Both the position numbers and the translations under genes were made by a program. A DNA stretch of 62,970 nucleotides, the filler included, from Octopus bimaculoides (Eukaryota): NCBI RefSeq assembly GCF_001194135.2. It is 4 parts of 4 records of this genome, joined end to end, with 100 filler letters (N's around TTAATTAATTAA, not from the genome) between each part and the next. Parts side by side here need not be neighbours in the genome. Positions count along the whole stretch, not along the records: positions 1 to 27,715 come from NC_068982.1; positions 27,816 to 52,371 come from NC_068998.1; 2 more parts are not named here. One strand, written 5' to 3'. This document shows, piece by piece, positions 24,961-37,828 of the stretch. A model generated the notes under the pieces. It ran no database searches. It saw only the letters and a program-made list of their open reading frames with translations, and was not told the origin of the DNA. Within the stretch, counting starts at the first letter, position 1, and each line of letters begins with the position of its first letter.

Positions 24961-26693
24961 CACTCACTCTTGTTGCTTGAACAGGCAGACAATATGAGGT
25001 AAATAGGGCTCTTTAGCTTTTTCTAGGGCTGGGATAGCAATGAAATACACCACAGTAATAATGAGGAGGAGAAAGAGGAGAGCAACACAGGTAGTGGTGC
25101 TGTTGGTTATGGCAGTGAGAGCACTATCAGCTGTGGTAGTGGTAGTGGTAGTGTCAGCAACTGCAGTCATGGGGAAGGTGATGGTGGGGGGGTTAGAACC
25201 TCTGGAAATGCTATGCATACATATAATGTGACAATTTTAGCACACACACCACCAAACAAAAAACACCACAAACCAGCAAGTGAACATCTATATAGTCACT
25301 CAAGTAACTAGAAATAGCAACCAAATATCCTTCAGAATCATACCATAGAACCACAATACTTTCAGTCAGAATTCCTTCGATACATAGTTCTGTTGTCTGA
25401 ACAACGTTATCTACAAAACAATCAGAACACTTCTAACAATTTTTAACAGAGTAAATACAGGAGTTTCAAAGTTCAATAATAAACTAAGGAAATAAAGATA
25501 ACAACACTAGCAACAGCAACAACAACATCTGTGATAAGAACTAACTTTAGTTGCTCACTGTCATATCAAATCTGTTTCTTTTGTCTCTTTCAGTTCCTGT
25601 TTGACATTGAAACCTTTCAGTTCATTACTGTCATTAAATTCGAATAGAATATGGGAACAAACTGGAAATGCTACTTACTCCTCTTCTTTCTTAAAGTCAC
25701 ATTTTGGGGTAAATTATACTTATTTTGATCAGATCTTTATAACTTTTGTTGCTGTTGTTGTTGTTACTTTTCATATTCAGGTTATGAAGTCTGTCATACG
25801 ACTTAACAGGTCGATAATATGTCTGTCTATTTATGGAAGGAATTGAAGGGCCTATCACGTCATTGTCATCATCATTATCATTATTGGTATTGTATAGTGT
25901 CCATAACAGAAAAGAAAAAAAAAAAGACAAGCAGTTATAGAATCAGTCTACTTAGTTGTAAATATTAACTGAATGAGTGAAGCTCCCAAGTAAGAAAGAG
26001 AGAGAGAGAGAGATAGGAGGTAGCAAAAACTGCATCTAATTAACATGTTACATAATTAACTTTCAGTGCCAAGCTTAAATCCTCTCTTAAGCTACCCACC
26101 TCAGTGCACCCTGCCTTCTTCTGTATCAAGTGTTTAAAGAAGAAATAACGCATATGGGTATTGCAAAATCATCCTCATTATCATTTAAATATATATTTAT
26201 AAAGCAAAATATTTTGCTATTAATCTGACATACTTTATACTGCCTTTAATATCATTTATGTGGCTCGACATGGACAATTCCCTTATTAAAATTGTTGTGA
26301 TGTGTGCCAAATAAATTATATGATGATGATAGTAATGATAGCTGTTATGATGATTAAAAGGGCTAATGAGAACTAATATGATTATAAATCCCGTGTTTAT
26401 ATTTTTATGAATTTTTTAATTTCTGTTTTGATGTATAAATTCTTTATTCATAATGTTATAATATTGTTTGTAATAATTGTTTAATTACATTAAAGATTTC
26501 GATTTCCTTTCATAGTTAAGGATATTTAAAGCATAACACTTCAGCTTGTTTCATTATTTTTATTATTTCAATTATGTCTTCGATTTCAGTCCATAATTAA
26601 TGCTGCTAAAAACATAACACTCAAACGCATGTTGTAACAAGCGAAATTATATTATATATAATATTAAGATGTAAATAATATTAATTTGATATT

Positions 26694-26905
26694 AAAGGCA
26701 GTGAGTTGGCAGATATGGTAGCACACTGGGTGAAATATTTAGTGGTGTTTCATCTGTCTTTACGTTCTGAGTTCAAATTCTGCTGAGGTCGACTTTGCCT
26801 TTCATCCTTTCAGCATCAATAAATTAAGTACCAGTTGCATACTGGGTTCAATCTAATCAACTGGTCTCCTTCCCAAAAATTTTGGGCCTTGTGCCTAGAG
26901 TAGAA
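26694..26905 (+). mobile_element. tRNA-derived SINE family C
   Basis: aaggcagtgagttggcagatatggtagc (A-box-like)...gagttcaaattc (B-box-like)...tcatcctttc...aaattaagtacc. Confidence 0.75.
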
Positions 26906-27045
26906 AAGAATATTAACTTGATATTATGTATAATACTATCTTAAGATACATATATAATACACATAATGTATATATTATCTTAATATAAATTATTGTATAT
27001 AATATATTATCTTAAGATATACATAATATATTTATTTGATGTATA

Positions 27046-27260
27046 AAGCAGTGAGCTGGCAGAATCGTTAGCATGCCAGGCAGAATGCTCAGCTGCATTT
27101 CATCCCTCCTTACGTTCTAAGTTCAAATTCTGCCAAGGTCAGCTTTACCTTTCATTCATTCAGGTTCAATAAATTAAGTACCAATGAAACACTGGGGTTA
27201 ATGTAATCAACTAGTCCCCTCCAACAACATTTCAGCTCTTATGCTTTCCATAAAAAGAAT
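27046..27260 (+). mobile_element. tRNA-derived SINE family C, second copy
   Basis: Paralogous to 26694-26905. Confidence 0.75.
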
Positions 27261-27327
27261 GTATTATATATAACATTAGCTTGATATTATATATTATAGG
27301 AAATATCTTAAGATAATCTTTTATTCT

Positions 27328-27683
27328 GTAGCTTGTTTCAGTCATTTGACTGTGGCCATGCTTTTGCACTGCCTTGAAGGGTTTTAGTTGACTGAATTAA
27401 CCCCAAGACTTATTTTCTAAAGCCTAGAACTTATTCTACCAGTTTCTTTTTGCTGAACTACTAAGTTATGGAGTTGTCAAGCGGTGATGGAGAGACAAAC
27501 ACAGACACAAAGACACAAACACATAGATATATACATATATATGATGAGCTTCTTTCAGTTTCTGTCCACCAAATCCACTCACAAGGCTTTGGTCAGCCCA
27601 AGGCTATAGTAGAAGACACTTTCCCAAGATGCCATGCAGTGGGACTGAACCCACGATCATGCTTCTTACCACATGGGCGTACC

Positions 27684-27690
<7 letters not shown>
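27328..27690 (-). mobile_element. SINE family B
   Basis: gtttcagtcatttgactgtggccatgc...caaggctatagtagaagacactt...gtgggactgaaccc. Confidence 0.8.
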
Positions 27691-27715
<25 letters not shown>

Positions 27716-27815
27716 NNNNNNNNNNNNNNNNNNNNNNNNNNNNNNNNNNNNNNNNNNNNTTAATTAATTAANNNNNNNNNNNNNNNNNNNNNNNNNNNNN
27801 NNNNNNNNNNNNNNN
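27716..27815. other. Artificial 100-bp scaffold spacer (44 N + TTAATTAATTAA + 44 N); also at 52372-52471 and 60405-60504
   Basis: Identical architecture three times; the 12-mer has stop codons in all six frames. Confidence 0.9.
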
Positions 27816-28478
27816 GTATGTGTATGCTTTCTTCTTTTTCCTCTAGCTCTCTATCAACATAGAAGCTAGCTAGTTTTGGATAGGGATGTAGGTATGACTG
27901 TATATTTAAGAAACATCCCTATGGCTCTTGGTTCAACTTCATTGCATAGCACCTTGGGCAAGTATCTTCTATAACTTAGTGTTAAACAAAATGTTTTGAG
28001 TGGAATTTAGTAGACAAAAGTTGTGCAGAAAACCATCCTAAATATACATACATAATCCATACATACAGACATACATACGTGTGCATGTACAAATATACAT
28101 ACAAGCATACATACCTACCTACCTACCTACCTACCTACATACATACATACATACATACATACATACATACATACATACATACATACCTATCATTGACTGG
28201 TCTTGGAAGACTATAAACACCAATTAAAATAACTAACAAACTAGCATTTTAGGAACAAAACCCCTAACATCAGAAACATATTGAACCAGAGATCTACGTT
28301 TTAGAAACTTATTACCAAAAATATTGCTCCACAATTGCAATATAAAAAAATGAATAAACATCATTACATTTTTTTATTAATATTATATTAATATGAAATA
28401 AATAATATGATTTACTATATAACATATATTATGTATTAACTTAAAATCGAAATAGTTAAATGGATATGTTACCCTTAC

Positions 28479-28557
28479 CTGTTTTAAATCCAACAATAGT
28501 TTTGGAACAAAATTAAATAGATATGAAAATTTTGAAGAATGAACCTTAGAATGAAGA
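28479..28557 (-). CDS. Candidate 79-nt internal exon of an unidentified minus-strand gene
   Basis: Acceptor ...taataattttcAG, donor CAG|GTAAGg; one open frame, LHSKVHSSKFSYLFNFVPKLLLDLKQ. No homology recognised. Confidence 0.25.
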
Positions 28558-29529
28558 CTGAAAATTATTAAATGAAAATTTGGTGCATATATAAAGCCTA
28601 AAAAATTCTAATGTGAGAATATTGGAAAGTCAGTGTTTTATGTTTGCACCCATACTTTATTTAGACTTTTAAATATATGTCCTTACAAGAAATTTACTAA
28701 CTTTTATCTTTAATGAATAGCATTGTTTTGTGACATCAATATTAATGTAAACCTTTTATCAGTATGTGATTACTTCTTTATATCTAGAACAAATTATATT
28801 CTTTCATGAGAGCCTTCAGTTATCTTGTCTTCAGTTAAACTGAAGGAAACTTCAGTTGAAGATAATATGGTTATTGACCTCACATGCTTCATATAAGTGG
28901 CATAACTGCCATATCTTTAAAAAAGATACAAATGGATATTTTGCTAATTAAGGAATCACTTGTTGATATTTTCATACATGCTTCAATATTTAGTGGTGCT
29001 GCTGCCAAATTTTACATAAGTTCCTTTATTTTTAATTCTATTGCTTTTCCTTCAGGGAAAAAGGAACATGTCCCTTGTTTCTAGCAATTGATACTTCCTA
29101 ATTCAACCTAATATTGAATACAAAATATTAATAATATAAAAGTATAAAGGTAAATCTAAGTTACTATTTGCTTCAGTGATGCAGCCAAATATACTTTTGG
29201 GTTACTAACTGAATTTCATAGCTACAGTCATGCCTTGAACTCTCTTGAGAAGTTAAAATAACACATGAATAGATCAATAGTAAAATTAAAATTAAGACAT
29301 TGTATCAAAGTTAAAAAAAAGAATATTCCCAAGATATTTGTGTCTTCCAGTACCAAATGTCTCAAAGAGTGCTTACTGCATTTTTTAAAGAAAGTATTGT
29401 TTGTGCAATATGTCACACTTGAATACAATTGAGAAAAGGTCAAGTGAACACAGTCTTGAAGTAACCAACACAAACTAGCCAGAAAACGTTTTGAAGCACT
29501 GTTAAGTTTAATGTTATACCTATGTCCAT

Positions 29530-30330
29530 TCAGGAAAGCCTTAAAGCAATTGCAAAAAGATCTAGAATAACCTCACAAATTCTCAGCATAACATAGTTTG
29601 CCTTATTGTCTAGATAACAATGATTCTGTAGTTATTAAAATGTCTGATAAGGAGTAGGGTGTCATAATTATGGACAAGGATGAGTACATTTCAGCTTGTG
29701 TGGAATTTTTAAATAATTAAATTTTTATGAAGATATAAACCCTAATTACAAAAACAAATTTGAGAAAATAATTTTGGAGATGGATGAAAACAATTGTTTA
29801 AATTACATTGAGTCTAAAATATCGCAGTCAGAGCAAAGAGCACCTGTATTTTACTGGCTTCCAAAAATTGACAAAATGTTTGAAAAATTTCCTCCATTGA
29901 GTCTAGTTTATAGTGTACAGCCAAACTTTGGAGTGGCTGGATGGCCTTCTATTTTTAGTAGTAAGGAAGCTGAGATCTTATATACAAGATGTTCTCAATT
30001 TTGTTTTCATGATTAACAATTCTTCTAAGTACTGAAATTGTCTTGAAAATTAGTTTTTGATTCCATAAATGTTTCTCCCCTTTATCCAAACATCGACTAT
30101 GATGACGAGGTGGAAGCATGCATGGATGTATTTGAAAAATGGTTAAACAAAAGTATGCCACTTGATATCATTTGCATATTACTATAGTTAGTATTACAAA
30201 GAAACACTCTGATGTTTGGACAAACATTTTACAACCAGACAAAGGGATATGCTATTGGAACCCTCATGGCAGTAATTATTATTAATGGAACTTGATCCAC
30301 GTGATATTTGAAATTTGAAAAATTTTATGT
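29530..30330 (+). pseudogene. Penelope-like reverse transcriptase remnant
   Basis: IKMSDKE*GVIIMDKDEYI (K.ADKG..VVIMD...Y), PVFYWLPKIDK (P.FYGLPKIHK) and FGQTFYNQTKGYAIGT (FN...Y.Q..G.AMG). Confidence 0.75.
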
Positions 30331-33300
30331 CTTCTTCATTAATGTGAGAGTGTGTTTTGATGATATATTTCATTAAAAAGGCAACTAGAAATAATTATAT
30401 GATGAAAAAGACAACAAATCAATCAATAACAAATATTACTGTTATTATTTCTGCAAGTTATGGGAAGAAACTCCAGACATGTTTTATATAACCTTTTCAG
30501 TAAAGTATAGACTTCACTGTTACTTGCTAAAATAATCATTGAAGTAAATGTTAAAGATTGTAGACTGATTGATGTAGAGAAAAAAATTAGAGAATGAATA
30601 ATTCAGAAGTTACCCACATGAAAATCAATAAAGTTAATGTTAAGCTTTTTAAGGCACTCAGTTAAGTAAAAAAGAATTTTTTATGTTGAAGATAAACCAA
30701 TATTTAAAGCAGTTAAATGCAGTGTACAATACTAGCCCAGCAACTTCTGTAACACCATTGTTTTTATAAAAGTTGTAGACCACTTCAGTGCTAAAGAAAT
30801 TATTAAAATTATTTATTGTATAATTAATCACTGAAGTAAAATATTTTTTTATTGAAAGACCTGCATGTAGTTTAGAACATAGTTAAATGGTAAAATAGAA
30901 ACCAATACATGACTAATATTTTGATAAATTACCTCTATTATTTCTTCATTTTATATCCTTAGTAATTATTAAATACATAGGGATATCAAAATTAATAATT
31001 CTTTTACATTTTCAAGTCTCTTTGATAATTAAATAACCTTTTAAAATGTTTCAGTTTATCTTGTCCCTTCTTTACTATTTTTATTAGACTGTGTTTTGTT
31101 TTTGATAGATTTATTTAATAATTGAAACATTTTGCACAAATATAGCTAGCATAAAGATAGTTTAATTTTCAAGCTGAATGGTTCCTGCCATGTTCCTGAT
31201 AGTATCACAAAGGCCTTGAATAAATCACACAGTATGTATCATTTTCCTTAATTATAAAATTTATAAATGACTATATCACACTATATACCATCATTAGTAT
31301 TTTGAATGCTGATGAATTAAAATTTATATATGACATATTTTTCTGCATTAATACATACACCAACAATCCTTAGAATACTAAAGTGTTAAGATTTTTGATT
31401 TAAAGCTTCTATTCCATGAATACATGTTTAATAAACTTTGTTAGGCCTTTCTATGGAAGGAGAACAATGATAAAAAGCAAATACACTGACAAGTATTATG
31501 AGTATTTCTCTGATTCTGAGGCTTATTTCTGCTTCATATATGAAATAGGGACAATGTTATTCTTGCATGACATGTTATATTTATTGAAATTTACTCCTTT
31601 TAGACGATTGAAAATCTTTTAAAGATTCTCTGTATTCATTTCTATTGGTTTTATTGACTTCTCTCTCTCTTCCCATACTTTCAATACACACACACACACA
31701 AATATATATTAGTTGATACATACTGTGTAGAACTATTTTGAGTGAACATTTTAGCTGATGTACTCAGTTGCTAAATAGTTTTCACTATGAAGCAAATTAC
31801 ACACTGATCTTGTTTTGGTCANNNNNNNNNNTTTAGCTGATGTACTCAGTTGCTAAATAGTTTTCACTATGAAGCAAATTACACACTGATCTTGTTTTGG
31901 TCAATTAGCAGTTGTCAAATGGTGCTGGACTTGTGATCAGTGAGGGTGATTATTTATATTATGTCATCAATGCATCAATAAGTACCTACCTAATGTACTA
32001 ACTCTCAAATAGCTCAGTCCAAATAGATGAAAATATATATAAGTTACTGCTTCTAGTAATGGGAGTAAAGTAAATTACTTGAACATTAATTAGCTTTCAG
32101 AGATAAAATCTAAATTTATTACTGGCGCTGCTTTGGGAATAAAAGGCTCTGCCAGGCTAACATCCTTCAGTTACACACACCAAAATCTTCAATGATGTCG
32201 CAATAAATTAGTACTTTATAGGTTTCCTTTCTTTATTGATAGCACACACACACACATACATACACACACACATGCATACACACACATACATACACACACA
32301 CATTGCAAAATAATGGGTCTTTTGTATTAACTCTTGTAGATAATCACAAAACATTTTGATTTTATTTTATATATCATGGAACAAATGAATAAATCCCCTT
32401 AGAGTACACATGTACATTTAATCTTTGGTTATAAAGGCTTTATCACACTACAGCATTGTATGTTCTATTCTAATGAAACCTCATGCTAAATATACACAAA
32501 AACTATATTAACATTATCATTTCTAATACATCTTAAGTTGGATGTGGAAAATAAGGTAGCATGCCAAAATATTGGTGTTGATCTGTAGAAAATTCTATAG
32601 CTTATTATATGCTAAGACAATGAAACACCTAAAAACCTACATTTAGAATATGACTCAAAAAATGTTTAGTCTTCAAATATTTTATGAACTTCTCTGGCTT
32701 CTCTTTTTTTATTTTGATGCAATTTCAAATGAATATGCTGATTGAACCTGTACATCTGGAATTAAGTAGAAATTGTTTTCCTGTCAAATGTAGGAACTGT
32801 TATGGTGCTTGGAGCATTGAAGCAATGAGCAACACCTGTTGAGCTTGAAGATGACTGTGCTGAGCATACTGAATGATTAGTGTTAAGGTAAAATATAAAT
32901 GAGCTGAGAGGATCTTTGAAGATACTACGCAATGTTGTTTTTGTCCCAGGATATCCCTGACTGAAGTGGCCAGTGATCAAAGGTATTCCAGCTATGACCA
33001 TCCCATCCATCTCTTAGACTTTGCATGTCTAGGACATCATTATCTAATGTGTCCCTCCATTTCCAGGAGTGTGATTTAAGGGAAATTTAGCAGCTATATC
33101 TTGCAGGTTGAACAGCTATGTAGACACTAGCTTAATATATGTAGAAAAAGTATCTCTTTGTGTATGAGTGTATGGTTGGAGTAAATGGTGCGTGCTAACC
33201 ATAGAATATATCCTGGTGGAGTTAAACCAATGAAGTTGCAAGTTTAGATATCAGGATGTTAGATAGATGAATTAACAGAACATCAAAACAAGTGGTAAAA

Positions 33301-34184
33301 TACTGTACTTTTTGTTTTTAACTATAGCAGCATAGTTTGTGAGAAGGATGTTAAAACAGGCAAGAAGATGGTGATGATGATGATGATGATGATGATGACA
33401 GTTATCCAAAAATATCATTTGAAGAAATTACTGCACAACTTTTGTTTAACCAATGTATGTAACTTACAAATTACATTCACTTCGGTTTTAAACTTACTTA
33501 AAATGATCTCATACATAGAGAATACACATAGCATATGTTAGAGCAACAGCACCAGTCTAATGAATGTAGAACAAAATAGCTAAGTGTATTCATAATGAGT
33601 TCAAAACAGCTGCAAATATTTCACGGTATTTTTGGCAGGACACTTTATTCTACATTCTTAGAGGAATTTTTCTCTGGTATCTTAGACTGCTCATTCTTTT
33701 GCCATAGATAGACCACAAAATTCATGAATAATATGATTCTTAAACTGTAATCAGTGAGCAATTTTTCAATAAGCATGTATCAGAAGATGCCTCTACACAT
33801 TTTTTGGGTTTTATCACATAAAGAGGCTCATAAAAAATATATTTTATGTTAATTGCATTATATAGCAGAGCAGGACATTTGTATCTTAAATGAAGAAATT
33901 ACATGTAATAGACATGTAAAATTACTTCTAATTGTTTTAGATTTTAAATTGCATTATGTTACACATTAATGACTTTGTTGGTCTTATGACACTTGCTCTA
34001 GACAATCATATCTTTTGTATAGACCACTGTTGGTCTGTCTGGACCACTAATGGCCCATACCAGAGGCTTGATGGTCTGCCTTGACCCAACTACATAATTC
34101 TACAGAACTACAAAAACTGAAAAGAAATATGAGCCCTTTAGATACATGGGTTTGTGAGTGGATCAGCATATTTTATCTTTTATC

Positions 34185-34412
34185 TTTTACTTGTTTCAGT
34201 CATTTGACTGTGGTCATGCTGGGGCACAACCTTGAAGAATTTTAGGTAAACTAATAGACCCCAATACTTATATCTTTTTAAACCTGGTACTTATTCCATT
34301 GGTCTGTTTTGCCAAACCACTAATGTTATGGAGATGTAAACACACCAACACCAGTTGTCAAGTGGTAATGGGGGATAAAACATAGACACAAAGACATACA
34401 CACTTGTATATA

Positions 34413-34449
<37 letters not shown>

Positions 34450-34610
34450 CCATCATATATATATATATATATATATGATGGGCTTCTTTTAGTCTCCATC
34501 TACCAAATCTACTCACAAGACTTTAGTCGGCTTGAGGCTATAGTAGGAAACACTTGCCCATGGTGTCACACAGTGGAACTGAACCTGGAATCATGTGGTT
34601 GAGAAGCAAA
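34185..34610 (-). mobile_element. SINE family B, full length with internal (TA)n
   Basis: Tail, internal microsatellite and tRNA-like head (cacttgcccatggtgtcacacagtggaactgaacc). Confidence 0.8.
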
Positions 34611-35584
34611 CTTAATTAGAAAGATACAAGATCATTTTCAATTTGATTATTTCTTTATGCCAAAGTTACTTCATTGTTGAGTGGTGAGCAACTGGAAAAA
34701 TATCCCACTTTGTAAAATCTTTTGACTGAAGATATTTGCAAATATCTAAGATTCTTAAAAACCTCCTGTCCACCTTGGCATCAAATAACTGGATGCAAAA
34801 ATAGAAAATAAAGAAAATGCCATTTCTATATATTCTATTGTGTCACAAATACACATGTACAGAAATATATACACACATATAATTTCTGTTTCTATTTTGG
34901 ATAGGTTAGTTGTAAAAAATTGCTCTCCTTGTAGCTAGGTGGATAGTCAATAAAGTGTCAGAATTGTAGGAAAAGATATAAGAAGAGAATGTCAGAAAAA
35001 GAGTTAGCTAGAATGCAGAAAATATACAACAAAATGATAAATGGGGGAATTTAGAGGTTAAAAATTGGGCACTGAGTGGGCCTGTATCATTCATCTTTCT
35101 GCAAAGTATATATTTCTGTCTACATTGTTGATTAAAACTTTTTGGAGAAAATTCTGAAATGTGATAGATGCTGCATCTAAAGTATTATATGATTCCTAAA
35201 ACTGTAAATCAGTAAGCAATTTTTCAATAATCATATATGGGAAGATGCATGTACATGTATTTTTGGTTATATCAGTGTCTGCTAGTGAAAGGATTAAAAA
35301 AAAACTAGCTTTTTGGTGTTTTAAGAGGCAACTTTCACATTAACAATAAGAGATTATAAGTTAGGAAAATTTCCTTTTGTAATGATGTTGAGTATTTTAT
35401 ATACTTTCATTGTCAACATATAGTGGGTCCCATCTGCAGATGTATGTTCAACCAGAACTCTTGTAGATATATTACAAAGCTGAAGCCTCATGTGTTTGCT
35501 TTTTTAAAAATCTATTACAAGGTCTTTTACTGAAGTGAACCACTCATTTACATTTCAAATAATGGACGACGTCAAAATAATTTA

Positions 35585-36307
35585 CTGTATATGCTGGTGT
35601 ATAATACAACTTGGTGTACAAGATGACTCCCAGGATTTCCATTTAAAAAGTGGGTTTTGAATTATACTTGCTGTATAAGACTATCTCAAGATTTTGTGAA
35701 AAATAACTCGAGTGCCAAGCTATTTATGAAAGAGTGACAACTTGAGCCTTTTCAAGAAACACTGTCTGTAAATGTTTAAAAGTAAGTGGTAACTGTAAGG
35801 TTTATTGTGATTGGTCTGATTGACAGAAGGTACCGGTACATGCTGCTAATCTGCTGAAACAGATAGGTTAGTTACCATAAACTACACTTGTCTTGAAAGC
35901 CCTTGGCTGGCTGAGTACTGTATGAGAGAGTGCTCTAATGAGGTAGTGTAAACAGAACGGAACCTGGGACCTGGCTGAATGGGCTGATTGTTTACATTTT
36001 GTTTGTCTGCTGTTGCAAATGGTGACTGGTATCTGTCCGCTAAGTTTGCTGTGCTGTTATTTTAATATAATCCTATTATTAATGCACCTTCCCAAACATA
36101 CGTGGTAAATATCAGTAGAAAATACCAAATTGTAGAATCATAGGATCTATGCAAGTGTTTTATATTGTTCTGCATTGACATTGGTCCTACTCAAAATCAC
36201 AGGAAGTTATGGTTCAGGTTTTATATGGGGTATATAAAATGACCCCTAGTTTTGGGGTGATTTTTTGTTTGAAGTTAAAATTCCATCCAGTATGCCAGTA
36301 TATACGG
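35585..36307. mobile_element. pogo/Tigger-like non-autonomous element (MITE)
   Basis: TA|CTGTATATGCTGGTGTA ... TATGCCAGTATATACGG|TA imperfect TIRs with TA TSD; subterminal direct repeat ggtgtacaagatgactccc / gggtatataaaatgacccc. Confidence 0.6.
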
Positions 36308-37828
36308 TATCTCTTATATACGGTGTGTTTTGGCTAACTGCTTCAAAATTAGTAGATATTTTGATATTTTTCTGGATTAAATGCCATTAATCAATTTTTT
36401 TTTCTCCCATTGAACCCCAAAGGATCAAAATTACAGTATACATCTTTAACATATTTCAGCTTTAAAGCTGTGGTCATGCCTGAGCACCTGTCTAACTTAA
36501 GGTTCTTCAGTTCACTTATGTATCTTATGCAGTCAGAAAGGCTACTTATTCAGAATATAAATAATAGACCAAAAGTTTTAAAACTTGAAAGCTGTAGATG
36601 CAGTCTAGCATTCTTTACTGAAATATTATCCGAGTATTTTTTTTTAATGGTTCATGCTGCTAAAAGCTAAAATTATGAGCTTTTTTTAAAACATCAAAAT
36701 AGTTTCTCTTTGTACTCTCTTTTGAATCTATTTCATTTATGAAATTTAATTATTTGGCAAGCTATGACCTTTTGCTAGCCGTTATATGGATTAGTTTTTA
36801 TTAATTGCCACATGCATTGTCAGATTATAGGTAGACAGTATTTTGGCAATGATTTTGGTTTTCTACAGAAAAACTTTTCTTTGAACTCTGCTCATTTAAC
36901 ACTTTTGTTTTTATCCTTTCTTGTGTGGTAGAAATAAATGACATTAAAAAGACAGATATTTCTTTGACTTTACCATTAAATATGGTCCCGTGATGTCATA
37001 AACATTTTGAAGTATGTCAATTGTTATTTAGAGCTCTGGCAGTTCTGTTTTATACATATTTCTCTGGAAGGTTAACTGAGAAAAGAATATTTTTGAGCTG
37101 TCTTTAACCATTTTGACAGCAGTCAGTCTGGATCTATGACACACAATAAGTTTAATGTGTTCAGGTTTAAATAAAGCCTTCCATCAGGAATTTATATAAG
37201 AACATTTTTGTTAAGCTTTGTTGCAAACTTTAGTTTTACAACATAGTTATTTACTAAATCCTTTTAAATTTTTTTATTATTTTCAAAAGTAATCAGTTCA
37301 GTGCATTTGAAACCACTCATTCATCATGATTCTTCTAACATTTGTTTTTGTTACATAATATGAGTAATATACATATTATTCTGCTGTTGTTATCAGTAAA
37401 ATATATTACACTGATGTAAAATGATTTTTGCTATGATGCTGAGAAAGAGTCCATTGTCATTAATTTCAGTTAGTCCACTACATATTTTACTCATTAATAA
37501 AAATTGAAATGCTTAGGTGGTGTTTTTCAGTTGATTCGTGATTAGTCAAGAAACTATTTCTCAAAATAACCTCTTCTCACAATGTAATTTTAATTTAAAT
37601 TTCCTGAGTCGCTATCTTAATGTTTGCACCATCATGCCATTCAGTATTCTTTGACTAAAATCCTGTATTTTTTCTGGTCATTTATAATTTGGTAGGAACA
37701 TTTAGACCACACTCCTTTGTATTCTACATTTAATGGATTGAATTAATTTGAAATTCTGAGATAGTTTTACCCTGCATTTTTTGACCTTGATCAACATGAA
37801 ATTAATTTGTTTTAGTTATTAGAAATAC

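Noticed and set aside
25580-25715. Plus-strand candidate exon CLTLKPFSSLLSLNSNRIWEQTG...
   Set aside because: Plausible splice sites but no recognisable protein and no consistent partner exons.
26694-26790. tRNA-like A/B boxes
   Set aside because: These are SINE heads; no complete cloverleaf, so no tRNA gene was called.
27760-27771. TTAATTAATTAA islands inside N runs (also 52416-52427 and 60449-60460)
   Set aside because: Always centred in a 44+12+44 spacer with six-frame stops; an assembly linker, not biology.
32762-33010. 82-aa minus-strand ORF and possible plus-strand mariner-like remnant
   Set aside because: In-frame stop two codons upstream, no good splice sites, and transposase resemblance too weak.
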